Shown: positions 10,340-21,406, numbered from the stretch's first letter. The stretch: DNA of 64,000 nt from Terrimicrobiaceae bacterium (GCA_041752695.1 JBGSVZ010000102.1:33749-97748); one strand, 5' to 3'. Numbers and translations are program-made. The notes: generated by a model from the letters alone, not told the origin.

Positions 10340-12580
10340 TTATGGGTTTGATGGGGGGTTTTCGATTGATGAATGGGCCTCGTGCGGAAGGTCTTCTGCA
10401 CTCACATGTCCGACCACTCGACCATCGTCCGCCAAATCGGTTTGGTGATTCTTGAGCCTTCGAAACATGAGCAAAAGGTCACGGCTGCCACCGATGGTGA
10501 ACCACACCGTTGAAATGATTCCAATGATCGAGGACACGACGATGCTGGCGATAAAAAACCAATTCACCCACCACTGTTGCGGCCACGGCGATATGAGGTT
10601 CCAGACCACGATGGTGATAAACGACCCAAAACCCCAGCCGAGACTCCAAATGATGACCGACCACGAAAGAATTTTGTCGCCCCGTGTGAAATTTGCATCA
10701 ATGCCAGTCAGGGATTTGAGAATCACACCGATCCCTTTTTTCCGAGCCTGCGCAAGCAGTGGTGGCTCAAGGCTGTCATCAGCACGCTGATATTCCCCCC
10801 GGTGGAGCATCCGGTCCATATTGAATTTCTCACGGCAAGTAAGCAGTGAAACTCCGACGTAACCAACGATCGCCGCGACCATGGCAAGGAAGTTGATTTC
10901 CTGACCATTCATGAAAAATTTTTCCGAGGTCACACGCCAAAGAATGTAGGGCTCCATCGGCCCGGAAATCGTTTCTACCGCGGAAGTCAGCCAACCCAGC
11001 AAGGCAGGATTTGAGGTGAGAAGCGGGTAGATCATTCCTACCCAGGCATTGGTCAGGACCATCCCGCCGACTGCGATTGTTGCGCCCAATATCAAGGCTA
11101 CCCATGCTCCCGCAGCCGTTCCCCGGGACCAGTAGAGTCCCAAGACGATGACTGCCCCGGCTCCGGCCCAGATGGCACCGGTAATGGCAAAGAACATCAG
11201 GATATAGGTCACCTGTCCAAAAAAGTAACTGAACAGGAAGGCGTAAACGGCCACCCCGGCTATGGCCGTTCTGAGCCAGAAGAGCTGCTCCCGGGGTGTA
11301 AAAGGCTTCTTGCGCAGGGGCATGGCAATGTCTTGGACAATAATGGATCCCCACGAGTGCATGTAGCTGGAGTCGGTGCTCGTCATAAGAAAGATCATCA
11401 GAGCACAGAAGAGGCCGAGCAATCCTACCGGGAGAATGTCGCTCAGAACGGTCGGCACGAGCATTTGCTTCTGAATGGTTTCAAAAGTTTGGTGGGTCGC
11501 AGGTTGCTCCTCTTTCAATCGAGCAACGGCCTCTCCGATCGAGGCGGCATCGTGGGCCGATGGCGCGTATTTGGGCGCGATGTCGCGAAGAGCCTGCTCT
11601 TCCAGATTGGCCTTCGTCACGTCCGCTGCCCCCTTGTGGCCCTCATGGTGCATGTAGGTGTAAGCGACGGCTGAGGTGAGAATGATCATCATGCCGAGGA
11701 ATCCACCCCGCCAAAGACCGAGAATGCGGGACATTTTCTGCTCATGCGCATTGATCGCCGCCGCATTGTAGCCCTGGGTTCCGAGCCAAGTGAGGCCGGC
11801 ACCTCCATAGATCGACGCAAAAATCCCAACGAAGACATAGAACAGATTGAAGTCCCGAAGGCCCGAGGTATCGAAGGGATTGAGCATCGACTGCCCCTCT
11901 GGTCGATCCAAAAGGGACGGCGCGATTTCATTCCACCACGAAAACTGGCTCAGCAGGTAAAAAACGACCAAAAGGTAAACTGGATAGCTGAGAATCCCCA
12001 TCACGCAATCCGTGGTCATCACAGTGAGTTGGCCGCCCATCATTGCAAGCGAGGCACCAACGGCAAGGATCACGGCCATGACCAAGGCAAAAGTTGGCCA
12101 TTGTAGGCCAAAAAATTCCACCCATGGCGGCAGGTTACAAAAATAGACAATAAACCGGGCACCTACCGCTGGAAACAATCCGTAGTTTATGATGCCGGAC
12201 AGGGCTGAAAGGCATCCCGCGAAAATGCGAAACTTGCGGCTGTAGCGAATTTCAAGCATTTGCCCCATGGTCAATGCCCGCGTCTCGCGAAATCGATAGA
12301 TACAATAGCCGGTCACCATTAAGAGAAGTCCGACCGGGATCGAAATCCTGTTCCAGAATTCAATCGCAAAACCCGATTTGTAATACATTTCCCAGATGGC
12401 TACCATCGAAACCAATCCCATGGCTGCTTCGCCTGATGAAACCGCCACGACGTAGCGCCCCGCCACACGCCCGGCCGCCAAAAAATCGGCGACACCTTTT
12501 ACAAACCGTTGGGTGTAAACCGCGATTGCTGTCACCAGCCCAAGCATGAGGGCCACACAAAGCCAATCGAGCCAATGCAT
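10340..12580 (-). CDS. Sodium:solute symporter (SSS) family transporter
   Basis: Polytopic membrane protein; DFLAAGR, TMGQMLEIRY, MTSTDSSY, LGLYWSRGTAAGA. Confidence 0.9.
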   Translation of the reverse strand: MHWLDWLCVALMLGLVTAIAVYTQRFVKGVADFLAAGRVAGRYVVAVSSGEAAMGLVSMVAIWEMYYKSGFAIEFWNRISIPVGLLLMVTGYCIYRFRETRALTMGQMLEIRYSRKFRIFAGCLSALSGIINYGLFPAVGARFIVYFCNLPPWVEFFGLQWPTFALVMAVILAVGASLAMMGGQLTVMTTDCVMGILSYPVYLLVVFYLLSQFSWWNEIAPSLLDRPEGQSMLNPFDTSGLRDFNLFYVFVGIFASIYGGAGLTWLGTQGYNAAAINAHEQKMSRILGLWRGGFLGMMIILTSAVAYTYMHHEGHKGAADVTKANLEEQALRDIAPKYAPSAHDAASIGEAVARLKEEQPATHQTFETIQKQMLVPTVLSDILPVGLLGLFCALMIFLMTSTDSSYMHSWGSIIVQDIAMPLRKKPFTPREQLFWLRTAIAGVAVYAFLFSYFFGQVTYILMFFAITGAIWAGAGAVIVLGLYWSRGTAAGAWVALILGATIAVGGMVLTNAWVGMIYPLLTSNPALLGWLTSAVETISGPMEPYILWRVTSEKFFMNGQEINFLAMVAAIVGYVGVSLLTCREKFNMDRMLHRGEYQRADDSLEPPLLAQARKKGIGVILKSLTGIDANFTRGDKILSWSVIIWSLGWGFGSFITIVVWNLISPWPQQWWVNWFFIASIVVSSIIGIISTVWFTIGGSRDLLLMFRRLKNHQTDLADDGRVVGHVSAEDLPHEAHSSIENPPSNP

Positions 12581-12733
12581 TACCGGAGACAAGGAGCTGG
12601 AAACATGGATGGAACGGGTCGTTTGGGCATTCTTGGAGACTCGCAGGGAGGCTGTTGTCTATGCTTCGTTTCGGGACTTGGTGGGTTTATGCAGCTACAG
12701 GTGCGGGACTATGAAGAGCGGCCAATCAGTCGG

Positions 12734-14752
12734 TTATTTGAAAATGTCCCAGAGCATCGCGGAACGTCCCTCAAGACGTTGGCTGATAAACTCGCCATCA
12801 AATGTTTCGCGGGCGTCAGACCAGAAACACACAGCATCCACCGGTCCCGTGTGACCAAGTTCGGCACGGCGGACATTAATAATTTTCGGTTCATCGGACC
12901 AATTGAAGAAGGCCACCGATTGACGGATCCCCAGGCGACCAGTCCGGCTGTCCGACGGAAAATCGACGAAGAGACATTCCGGCAAAGGAAGGCCCGTGAA
13001 GGCCCGGTCATCGGCGCAGCGCACGCGGTGACCACGGTCACAGCGGTCCGTCATCTTGCGCATGGCCGCGACCCACTTCTCCGGCCAGGTCTCCATGCGT
13101 CCGCCCGTCTCGAGCAGTCCCATGTTGATATGGCACCAGGTTAGGCGGAATAGGTTTTCGTTGTCGGGATGTTCCGCCATGATGCCGGCACTGTCATGAT
13201 TGGGCAGGAACGATTTGCGTCCTGGGAAGCCAAGCGTGGGAAGCGCCCAGAAGCAGTTGTTGACTTGCTCCAACCAGACACCAAGTCCGATGTCGATGGT
13301 GTTGCGATAGGAATCTGCCCAGCGACCAATGAAAGGGTTTCCCATGCCAGTCGCGACGCATGTGATAAAAACTCCATTGGCCGGGAGATGCTTGCGCACG
13401 GTCTCAAAAAGGTGTCTGCGAGCCTGGACATTGGTGACCGACGGATCAGATGGAAGCACGTCCCGTGTCTCGACATTCTGGCTCCAAAAATCCATTTTGC
13501 AGGCATCCATTCCCCACTCGCCGAGAATCACAGAGAGTGTTTTGTCCAAAAAACCGAGGGCGTCCGGATTCGAGAGATCAAGAAATCCCTGGTTGCCATC
13601 GATCAGGAAGATCGTCCCATCACTCCGGCGCAGAAACCAGTCTTCATGATCTGCGAAGAGTTTCGAATCGGTCCGTGCCGTGGGTGACCACCAAAGGCCC
13701 GGACGGAGGCCGAGACGGCGAACCTTGTCCGCGAATGCACGCATGCCACCCGGCCAGCGTTCCTGAGAGATATTCTGATTGGGATCGGGGTAAAATTGGT
13801 CGAGAAATGTGGTCGTCAGCCCCCCGTCAATATATCCGGCGTCAATGAGAAACCACTTGATCGCAGGAGCATTGCTCGAAAGGAATTCGGCTGTCGGGAG
13901 AAGCGCCTTCTCCGTTTGATCAGCGAACGGCCCATAGTTCCAGGTGCAATGAAAGGCCTCTTCAAGAACCGGAGTGTGGGCCCCCCGGAATGTCAACTTG
14001 GTGCCCAGATAATCGAGGTATTCCGAAAAGCAATCCTCAGTCCGAACGTCACCCACCAGCTGGATAAAAAGACCATCCAGTTGAAGTGTGCTGCCCGCCG
14101 GGATCGTGAAGCCTCCGGCATGGCCGGGATCATGGTTGATCGTAAACTCCTCAAAGATTCCATCCTTCACGAGGGCCTTCTTGCGCAGAGTGAAGGTCGT
14201 ATAATTCAGCTCCTGCGATGCGGCAGCGAAAACGATCCCGCGACGTGAGCGGAGATCCTTGACGTAAAGGGCCGGGAAGGCCTGGTCCTCTCCTGCGCCC
14301 AATTCGACCGTGTGAACCGGCAGCATCCGTTCGTATGGATACTCCATCTGACAGTGCGGGTATTTCTCGGTTCGGACATTATCGGTATGCACATAACGCA
14401 ACTCCCAGCCCAGCCAACTCCCCTTACCGTGCAGGACTGCGGAGCCTTCGTGAAACTGACCCGTGACAGCCGAAGCGATGACGACGGGATGACTCGAGAT
14501 ATTCGTGAGACAGTGTGTGAGAACGATGCTTCCCGACACGACTGATGGTGAAGCTGTTGTTCGGATTTTCAGAAGGCCACCGACATTCGCTTCTCCCCAG
14601 TGCTCGTGTCCCTCCGAGCCATGGCTGGTCAACTCCACGTCGAATTTTTTTTCGTCCATCACCAAGCTAAGCCCAAGGTCGCGTACGCCGATGTTTGAAT
14701 CGGGATCGAAAAAGGAAAGCCCTCGAGTCGTAATTTTCAGTTGCTGCGTCAT
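12734..14752 (-). CDS. GH36-like alpha-galactosidase (clan GH-D)
   Basis: CTWNY, FLIDAGY, RWPGGM, GLRPGLWWSP, LDLSNPDA, CKMDF (nucleophile motif). Confidence 0.75.
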   Translation of the reverse strand: MTQQLKITTRGLSFFDPDSNIGVRDLGLSLVMDEKKFDVELTSHGSEGHEHWGEANVGGLLKIRTTASPSVVSGSIVLTHCLTNISSHPVVIASAVTGQFHEGSAVLHGKGSWLGWELRYVHTDNVRTEKYPHCQMEYPYERMLPVHTVELGAGEDQAFPALYVKDLRSRRGIVFAAASQELNYTTFTLRKKALVKDGIFEEFTINHDPGHAGGFTIPAGSTLQLDGLFIQLVGDVRTEDCFSEYLDYLGTKLTFRGAHTPVLEEAFHCTWNYGPFADQTEKALLPTAEFLSSNAPAIKWFLIDAGYIDGGLTTTFLDQFYPDPNQNISQERWPGGMRAFADKVRRLGLRPGLWWSPTARTDSKLFADHEDWFLRRSDGTIFLIDGNQGFLDLSNPDALGFLDKTLSVILGEWGMDACKMDFWSQNVETRDVLPSDPSVTNVQARRHLFETVRKHLPANGVFITCVATGMGNPFIGRWADSYRNTIDIGLGVWLEQVNNCFWALPTLGFPGRKSFLPNHDSAGIMAEHPDNENLFRLTWCHINMGLLETGGRMETWPEKWVAAMRKMTDRCDRGHRVRCADDRAFTGLPLPECLFVDFPSDSRTGRLGIRQSVAFFNWSDEPKIINVRRAELGHTGPVDAVCFWSDARETFDGEFISQRLEGRSAMLWDIFK

Positions 14753-14798
14753 AGCTGGAAAGTCGAGATGAATATTGAAGGCCTCTGAAGGGAGTGTC

Positions 14799-17735
14799 TC
14801 ACTCCCCTGATTTGTCTCCTGTGGGGGATGGCTGCCAGTCCCAAGCCAGAGAGAAGGCATTCTTGCTGGCGACGCGGAGCACCCTCGCCTGACCGGGCTG
14901 AAAATCCACACTCAACGGATTGATCCCACGTCCGAAGTCCTGACCATCAACCGTCCACTCCGGCAGGGCAGTTCCCGGCTTTGCGGGCGAACCTGTCTCG
15001 TCACGGAAGTGGAGGACCAACTTGCCTCCCTGCCCGGCGGGAGCCCGCAGGGGCAGGAAGAGCTGTTGCATCGCTTCGCCGGGAAAAACACCGGCGGGTG
15101 TCCGCAGCGATGGGAATTCACGATCCGATCCCGGGTCTTTTAATTTCCCCTCAATGAGGCGCTCTGTGTTCCAGTCCGGCTGGTAGATGTCCAGATTCGT
15201 TGTGGACACCGTGCGCAAACGGGCGCTGCTGCGGACACTCTCAAGCGCAAAGCCCTCTTTCGGCTCACGCAGAAGGACCACGATCTGCGACGGGGTCTGA
15301 AAGGCGATTTCATAAACGGTCTTCCCGTCAACCTGCACGGGGATGCTTTTGGCTTCTTTACCGTTGATCCACAAAGCGACGGGTGCAGAAGGTGCGTGAA
15401 GATAGACTTTGTCACCTTTGACAATTCCCCCGACTTCAGGAAGCGGGCGCACGTCCATCCACGCGAAGGTGGTGTCGGCTACTCCATCTTCAACACCGCT
15501 TTCATAGAACGACGGCGTAATTCCAGCGCCTGGAAAAACCTCAAATGCAGGACTAAAATACACTGAAGGCCGCTGCGCGTCAGGATCCAACACGTAGTAG
15601 CGATCCAGTTTCAATCCGCTCGGACCGTCGTTGTTGTAAAACACCCAGCCAGCAATGTTCCCGCCACCCTGATCGGCACCGGGCGCGTGGGTCACGCCAT
15701 GGGCTCTCCCATAGTGGACGAACGGCTTGCCCTTGCGCATTTCAACAAACCGGGTGCCCCAGGGCATTTTCTCATAAAAAAAGACCTCACCGTTTTGCCC
15801 GAGGAAGTTGCTCAGCGCCGTGGCAGGCGCATCCACTGGAAAATTCGGACGGAGACCATGCCGCACAAAGAGCAAGGCCCGCTCGCGATCGAGCTTCGGT
15901 TCATTCATCCACTCTTTGAAGGGAACAACCTTTCCCATCAAAATATTCGGATTTTGCAGGGCAAAGCCCGCCACCTCGGCACGCCCTTCTTGCAAATCCA
16001 TCCCCAAGTGAAAGTTCTGCGCATCACCACGGGTGAAAATATCAGAGAAATGCGGGAACGCGAAAAGCGCGCCATAGGGAGAGTGGAGAGCATTTGTGAC
16101 CGGGGACGGATGCTTGATACGTTGCCAACGCATATTGGGTGCCTCGCCCCAAAGAATGCCACTGGCGATGCCGAGACTGGAACCCACGGAATTCGCTTCA
16201 TTCATGTGCTCCGAACCATGAATCGAACCGGGATTTTCGGCGGCGGATTTGTAAAAATAATCAGCCATGCCTTGCGGCGGGGTCATGCCATTCACCAACC
16301 CGCGCGAGTCCACTGGAGCAGGGTAGCTCTGGTCGTGGTAGATTCCATCGGCGCCATTCTCTTGAATAAATAAGCGCACACAGCCAAGAAACCACTCCTG
16401 CCACTCTTTATGGCCAAGGTGATGCTGGTCAACATATGGAACCTTGCTTCCCGCTGGATCGGCAAAGGCGGAGCGCGTGTCGGCATCATCATGGGCAGCC
16501 ATGATTCGTTGAATCTCAGGATCCTTCAGTTCCTCAGCCGTGGGTTTGCCCCAGACAATCATGGGCTGGAGGTAGGCCATGAGCTTGGCACCAGATTGTT
16601 TCCAAGCGGGCATCTCTTCCTTGAAACCTTTGTAGGGAGAGTTATCCCAATGACGGGTGTCGAAGGCCGCGGCCCGAATCACCGGGGCGAACGTGACGGT
16701 GCGGTCGAGATCCTTGCCCTCGAAGAAGGCGTCCAAAATGTCCAGCCATTGCTTTTGGGCTGCGACACCACTGTTTACGAAGGAAATATTTTTGGTCCAG
16801 TCCGCCCGGGGAGCGAACTTAACGTCCCGGGCACGCCAGTCACGAAAACGCGCGGCCGCCTGCATCCAGTTTTTGTCAAAGGCCTGAACTCGCCAGGTCA
16901 CGCCCTCGGCTTTGCGCAGTTTTTCAAAGGGAGGAACGCTCATTGTTCCAAAAGACAAGGCGATGCCCCCATTGCCAGCGACCGGCATAAAAAAAAGATC
17001 TTTATAGTTGAACCCCGCATCCTCAGCCCAAATCCCGACGGCTCCTTTTCCCGAGCCATTCAGAGCGACAAAGGCATAGTCCCAAAATTCCGGCCATTTG
17101 TTTCGCCATAGGGCTGGTGCCATGTCCTCAGTGATGCGCATTCCGTCAAAAATTGGCGCCTCCACCGAAATATCGCGGCTGGTGGGTGCAACTGTGAGGT
17201 TCACCCCATACACCCCCGTTTCGGAAGATTCCGCCCGGGGAGTGAGGAGCAAATCGCCGGTCACGGCATCCAGCGCGATGTCCAGGAGGTAAATATCCTT
17301 GGGAAACCGCATTTTCCCGTCGGTGAGTCCGGTGTAACGCAAGGTGCCCCCATTTTCGGAGGGTTTCCACTCGATACGGCTCTCGCTGTCGGGGTAGCGT
17401 TGATTCGGGAGCCGCAGGTCAGTCGGAAATTCTCCCCAGCCCTTGATGAGTAACTTTCTGGCCGCCTCGAGCGCCCCGGGTCCTTCCTGTGTGCCGAGTC
17501 CGGAAGGCAAATGGGGAAGAATGGGAGCCAAAGCGGTCTCGCCTCGGAGGTATTGCTCTCCGGAGAATTTATTTAAAAAACCAGTGAGGGAACCATCAAC
17601 AATCTCTGCCTGAAATTTGTCCGTTTCAACGACGATGCCCCGGGGAGTAGGGGAAAAATTCGCAGCTTCAGTAACCTGCGGCGTAATGAGGCCAAGGGCA
17701 GTCAATGAGAAAGAAAGAAGAAGGGGCTTATACAT
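14799..17735 (-). CDS. Large secreted protein (978 aa), possible uncharacterised TIM-barrel glycoside hydrolase
   Basis: Signal peptide; central GAKLMAY...GADGIYHDQ...GSEH pattern resembles GH barrel cores; sits in a CAZyme operon. Confidence 0.5.
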   Translation of the reverse strand: MYKPLLLSFSLTALGLITPQVTEAANFSPTPRGIVVETDKFQAEIVDGSLTGFLNKFSGEQYLRGETALAPILPHLPSGLGTQEGPGALEAARKLLIKGWGEFPTDLRLPNQRYPDSESRIEWKPSENGGTLRYTGLTDGKMRFPKDIYLLDIALDAVTGDLLLTPRAESSETGVYGVNLTVAPTSRDISVEAPIFDGMRITEDMAPALWRNKWPEFWDYAFVALNGSGKGAVGIWAEDAGFNYKDLFFMPVAGNGGIALSFGTMSVPPFEKLRKAEGVTWRVQAFDKNWMQAAARFRDWRARDVKFAPRADWTKNISFVNSGVAAQKQWLDILDAFFEGKDLDRTVTFAPVIRAAAFDTRHWDNSPYKGFKEEMPAWKQSGAKLMAYLQPMIVWGKPTAEELKDPEIQRIMAAHDDADTRSAFADPAGSKVPYVDQHHLGHKEWQEWFLGCVRLFIQENGADGIYHDQSYPAPVDSRGLVNGMTPPQGMADYFYKSAAENPGSIHGSEHMNEANSVGSSLGIASGILWGEAPNMRWQRIKHPSPVTNALHSPYGALFAFPHFSDIFTRGDAQNFHLGMDLQEGRAEVAGFALQNPNILMGKVVPFKEWMNEPKLDRERALLFVRHGLRPNFPVDAPATALSNFLGQNGEVFFYEKMPWGTRFVEMRKGKPFVHYGRAHGVTHAPGADQGGGNIAGWVFYNNDGPSGLKLDRYYVLDPDAQRPSVYFSPAFEVFPGAGITPSFYESGVEDGVADTTFAWMDVRPLPEVGGIVKGDKVYLHAPSAPVALWINGKEAKSIPVQVDGKTVYEIAFQTPSQIVVLLREPKEGFALESVRSSARLRTVSTTNLDIYQPDWNTERLIEGKLKDPGSDREFPSLRTPAGVFPGEAMQQLFLPLRAPAGQGGKLVLHFRDETGSPAKPGTALPEWTVDGQDFGRGINPLSVDFQPGQARVLRVASKNAFSLAWDWQPSPTGDKSGE

Positions 17736-17756
17736 GGTTTAAAGTTTGCGGGTTGA

Positions 17757-20246
17757 TTACTTGGCGGATAGGGCTTTCCACTGGTCGGGGGACTTCGATT
17801 CCGATTCTCCGGAAATGTTTCGAAGAGCCTCATCCAAGGCCCCACGAATAGAATAGACGACAACGGTTGCATAACCCCGGTCGAAGAGAGCGGCAATGGG
17901 TGCCATTGCCTGGCGGTCGCCTATTCCGCCCAAGGCCCGCACAGCTGCGAGGGAAATAAATTCATCCTTCGACTGCAGGGCCGCAATCAACTGTGGAATG
18001 GCTTGTTTAACTTTCTTCACTCCTAACACTCGAGCAGCAATCTCCGCAGTATCACGGTTTTCCCCATTGAGCAGATTCACCGTAAGCTCAATCGCCTCCG
18101 GGTCTAGCTCCCCACGTATGCTTTCAACAGCGAAAAGCCCATACTGGCGCGTCTGTTCCAAGCGATGGTTTTCGGGAGCGCGAAAGAGTTCGTGTATGGC
18201 CTCGATGTTGCCGCTTGCTCCAAGAGCCCTCGCCGCAAACGGAGCCAACATGCCCTCCTTGGGGTTCTGAATGATGGCGAGTAATCGGGGCGCAAGCGTT
18301 GCATCCTGAGTTTCAAGTTGACCCAGGGCAAGGAGGGCGTTTTTGCGAACCAAAGGGGATGGATCATCGAGAAGGGACGTCAACGCGGGGAGGGCTGCGG
18401 GATCGCCAGTGGCCCCCAGCGCCTCCGCCACGAAATATTTCTCTCGGGTGGAACCGGTGTGGGCGAGCGCGAGAAGATTCTTAATGTCACCTCCCACAAT
18501 TCCCTTGGGAGGTCCCTCCAATCGGAGGGCTTTTTCTTCATACAGCAACTTGACAAGCTCGTTCCCAGGATCGTCATACCACGCCAGAAAGAGAAGAGAA
18601 TCTCCCTGCTGGACCTGCTTTGCGTAGGTCTCCCAATTTTGCTCCAACGCCGTGCGATTTTGCATAACGACCGCAAAAGCCTCGGGATAGACCGCCCGCA
18701 CATCCGGTGGAGTTCCTCGCTGGCGGAGGTTCGGGCTCGCGTAGGGTGCTGTCACCGTGTAATCCAAGGGCATGGACCACTCGGGAATGATCAGAACATC
18801 GGGGAACTGACGATTGAGTTCCTCCATCATCGCGACCGGCAAGGTGAAGGGCACATTCTTCATTGCCGCTTTTTGCTCGGGTGTTAGCCAATCGGCGTTG
18901 AAAATATTGCTATCCAGATAGAAGATGGTGCAGCCCCAACGCTTTTTGGCGTAGGCAATTCTCTCGGCGAGCTCGGCCACCGGGTCGGGCACTTCCTCCT
19001 GGGTCCATCCCCACTTCGAAGTTGCTTTTTTCACAAAGCGGGTCGGACGAAGCGTGAGGCCGACCTTCATTCCTGCGTCGGTGAATTTTTTGAAAAAGGC
19101 ATCCGCGAACTGATCCATCTCCGGGGCCACTTCGGCGAGGACACGCGGGTCGGCCACATAGCTGATCTGGTGTGGTTTCTCCTGACCCTCCAGGTCCCAA
19201 ACAATCACCCCCTGCGCGTCCATGTCCTTTAGTATTTTGACGCTGCGGTCGGCATACTCCAAGAGGGCCTTTCCAAAGGCCTCCCGGCCCTCCGGTGTCG
19301 TGACATCATTTTTCTCACGCGCTCCGAAAATGTATCCCCGAGGATTCGTCGCCCAGCCGGTGTGCGATTGAGCAATGAAGAGGGTTCCAATCGGCCGGCG
19401 ATCCGGCCAATTCAGTTTAAATGGGCGTTCTTGAGCAACATGCTTCAGAACCTCCGGAGCGAGTTCCGTTGTGGTCGCATCCGGTGGGCCGAAACTCCAC
19501 GAGAGGTGAAAGTTGCTGGTCTGCCCCGGTTCGATCACCCGGCGCGCTGGCTCAAGCAAACGATTCTCCACAATGGGGTGCGACGGGCGGGCAGTCACGC
19601 GCGGCGAGGCGACCAGGATCGGCGTTCCGGCTAGACCCGCCGCCGTTGGGCCTGTGTTTACAACGGAGGGGTCTTTCACGTTCCAATTTCCCAGAGCAAT
19701 GGCCGCACCGCGAGCCAGAAGGATTCTTGCTCCCAGGCGTCGCTGATTGTCCACGCCAAGACTCCCTCCTGGGTTAGCCGGCTGGTTTTCCAAGCGATTC
19801 AGCAGGTGCAACCGACCCACCATCACCTCGACCCAGTCACAAGCCTGATCCGTTTTGTTTTTCACTTCCACCCGCACATCCACGCGGTTGCCCTTCGCGG
19901 AATAGGTGCTGGTCAATGTCGCTCCCTCGTAGTCCACAACAAAACGCCCTGTAGCCTTGTCCACCTCTGAAGAAAGTTTTTTTCCAAGAAGAGACTTCGG
20001 TGCCCCGTCAATCAACCCACTCTGCATAGCGGTGATGCCCGGTTCCCCACCGGCCCAGAAATTCACCCCCTGCCAGTCCAACGACGAAACACCATTTTCG
20101 ACAAACGTCAGTCGAACCGCATCGCCGTTCGCTGCCTCAGCAGGCAGGAAACCAGCACATTGGACAATTGCAACCATGAATGCGCTGATAACAAATCTTG
20201 GGGAACGAACTTGATCACCGCACTTAAAGAGGAGGAAATTCTGCAT
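17757..20246 (-). CDS. Secreted protein (829 aa) with a GH-like core and C-terminal HEAT repeats
   Basis: Signal peptide; VIVWDLEG, GMKVGLTLRP, IFYLDSN, IIPE; repeats AEALGATGDPAALPAL, RKNALLALG, AARALG, AVRALGGIGD. Confidence 0.65.
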   Translation of the reverse strand: MQNFLLFKCGDQVRSPRFVISAFMVAIVQCAGFLPAEAANGDAVRLTFVENGVSSLDWQGVNFWAGGEPGITAMQSGLIDGAPKSLLGKKLSSEVDKATGRFVVDYEGATLTSTYSAKGNRVDVRVEVKNKTDQACDWVEVMVGRLHLLNRLENQPANPGGSLGVDNQRRLGARILLARGAAIALGNWNVKDPSVVNTGPTAAGLAGTPILVASPRVTARPSHPIVENRLLEPARRVIEPGQTSNFHLSWSFGPPDATTTELAPEVLKHVAQERPFKLNWPDRRPIGTLFIAQSHTGWATNPRGYIFGAREKNDVTTPEGREAFGKALLEYADRSVKILKDMDAQGVIVWDLEGQEKPHQISYVADPRVLAEVAPEMDQFADAFFKKFTDAGMKVGLTLRPTRFVKKATSKWGWTQEEVPDPVAELAERIAYAKKRWGCTIFYLDSNIFNADWLTPEQKAAMKNVPFTLPVAMMEELNRQFPDVLIIPEWSMPLDYTVTAPYASPNLRQRGTPPDVRAVYPEAFAVVMQNRTALEQNWETYAKQVQQGDSLLFLAWYDDPGNELVKLLYEEKALRLEGPPKGIVGGDIKNLLALAHTGSTREKYFVAEALGATGDPAALPALTSLLDDPSPLVRKNALLALGQLETQDATLAPRLLAIIQNPKEGMLAPFAARALGASGNIEAIHELFRAPENHRLEQTRQYGLFAVESIRGELDPEAIELTVNLLNGENRDTAEIAARVLGVKKVKQAIPQLIAALQSKDEFISLAAVRALGGIGDRQAMAPIAALFDRGYATVVVYSIRGALDEALRNISGESESKSPDQWKALSAK

Positions 20247-20455
20247 GGGAATCAGTATTTATTCTGGATCTAATCTGTCTTGTCAAACGAATAGAAAAAG
20301 AATTTCGGCAAGGGAAGCCTCATCCATCATTGAAAATTTTAAGAAGGACAGAGCAAAAAGGAGGAAGGACTCCCGACACATGGACTTCCCCCTTTTTTGC
20401 CTCAAAGGCAAAGGAGCAGGCTCCGCAAACATCCGGCCTGCATGCTCAGTCGTTC

Positions 20456-21280
20456 CTATTGCCAGGCGCGAAAAGACACAATATCGAGAAAAATGAGATC
20501 ACCCGAGATGGCTTGCACCGAAGCGGTGAGCATAATTCCCCGCAGATCGTTCAAAGTGGGAGTCGGCCGACCTTCGGAGGAAGTTTCTCCCACGGGTGGT
20601 GGAATTTGAGGAACAACTCGCTCGTCGAAAAGCGTGTCGGGTCCAACAACGGCTTTGACAGACAGTGAAAGTCCTCCGGCAGCTTCGATCAACTGCAGGG
20701 TGAGTGTGACCAATTCATCCGGCGGAATCTGACCCGCAGGTGCGGGCTTTTCACCCACAGCGGCAGGAAGGAGAAACATGCCCCCTTCATCAGCAGAAAG
20801 CGAAAATCCGCCGAGAGAGAGATTAGTCCGAACAGAGTCGTGAACAAAAATCAGCATGGAGTTCAAGCTCATTCCGCCGACAGTTCGCCGGAATTTCAGC
20901 TCGATATTCAGCGGCTTATCCGGGTCCACGGCAGATCCCATTTCGCCGTCTTGAACAGTAAGGCTCACGCTATTATGCGTCTTGCCCTCAGCCGGCTTCG
21001 GGAGCTGGATGCGCAGAGCCCGCATCTTGGGATCCAATTGAATTGTCTCCAGCTTGACCGCCTCGGGATCGGAAAGCGACAATGCCAGCGGCTCCCGGAG
21101 CACCCCTCCCTCATTCTTGGCGGCATCTCCGAAGGCTTCGCGCGAGGCCCCGCCCTCAGGCAGATTGGCGGCATCGAAATGAAACAACCCCCTCTCCGCT
21201 TGCTCCTCGGCAAGAGCCCCTGTCAGACAGCAAAATCCTGCAAGCAGCGCAGCCAATTCTATTTTAATTAGCATTCGCAT
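20456..21280 (-). CDS. Secreted hypothetical protein (beta-rich)
   Basis: Signal-like LAALLAGFCCLTGALA; start placed downstream of the hairpin terminator. Confidence 0.6.
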   Translation of the reverse strand: MRMLIKIELAALLAGFCCLTGALAEEQAERGLFHFDAANLPEGGASREAFGDAAKNEGGVLREPLALSLSDPEAVKLETIQLDPKMRALRIQLPKPAEGKTHNSVSLTVQDGEMGSAVDPDKPLNIELKFRRTVGGMSLNSMLIFVHDSVRTNLSLGGFSLSADEGGMFLLPAAVGEKPAPAGQIPPDELVTLTLQLIEAAGGLSLSVKAVVGPDTLFDERVVPQIPPPVGETSSEGRPTPTLNDLRGIMLTASVQAISGDLIFLDIVSFRAWQ

Positions 21281-21315
21281 TTTGAAATCGTTCTCACTGA
21301 GTCTCCCGCTTTGAC

Positions 21316-21347
21316 AAGAAATAACGCCGGGACTGAAAAGTCCCGGC
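21316..21347 (-). terminator. Rho-independent terminator after the PEP-CTERM gene
   Basis: Stem GCCGGGACT/AGTCCCGGC (21326-21347) with a 4-nt loop, followed on the minus strand by GTTATTTCTT. Confidence 0.7.
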
Positions 21348-21406
21348 ATTTATTTCCCCCGAAATAAAGGTTCGCAAATTGATAGGAAACTCCCGACCCG
21401 GTCAAC

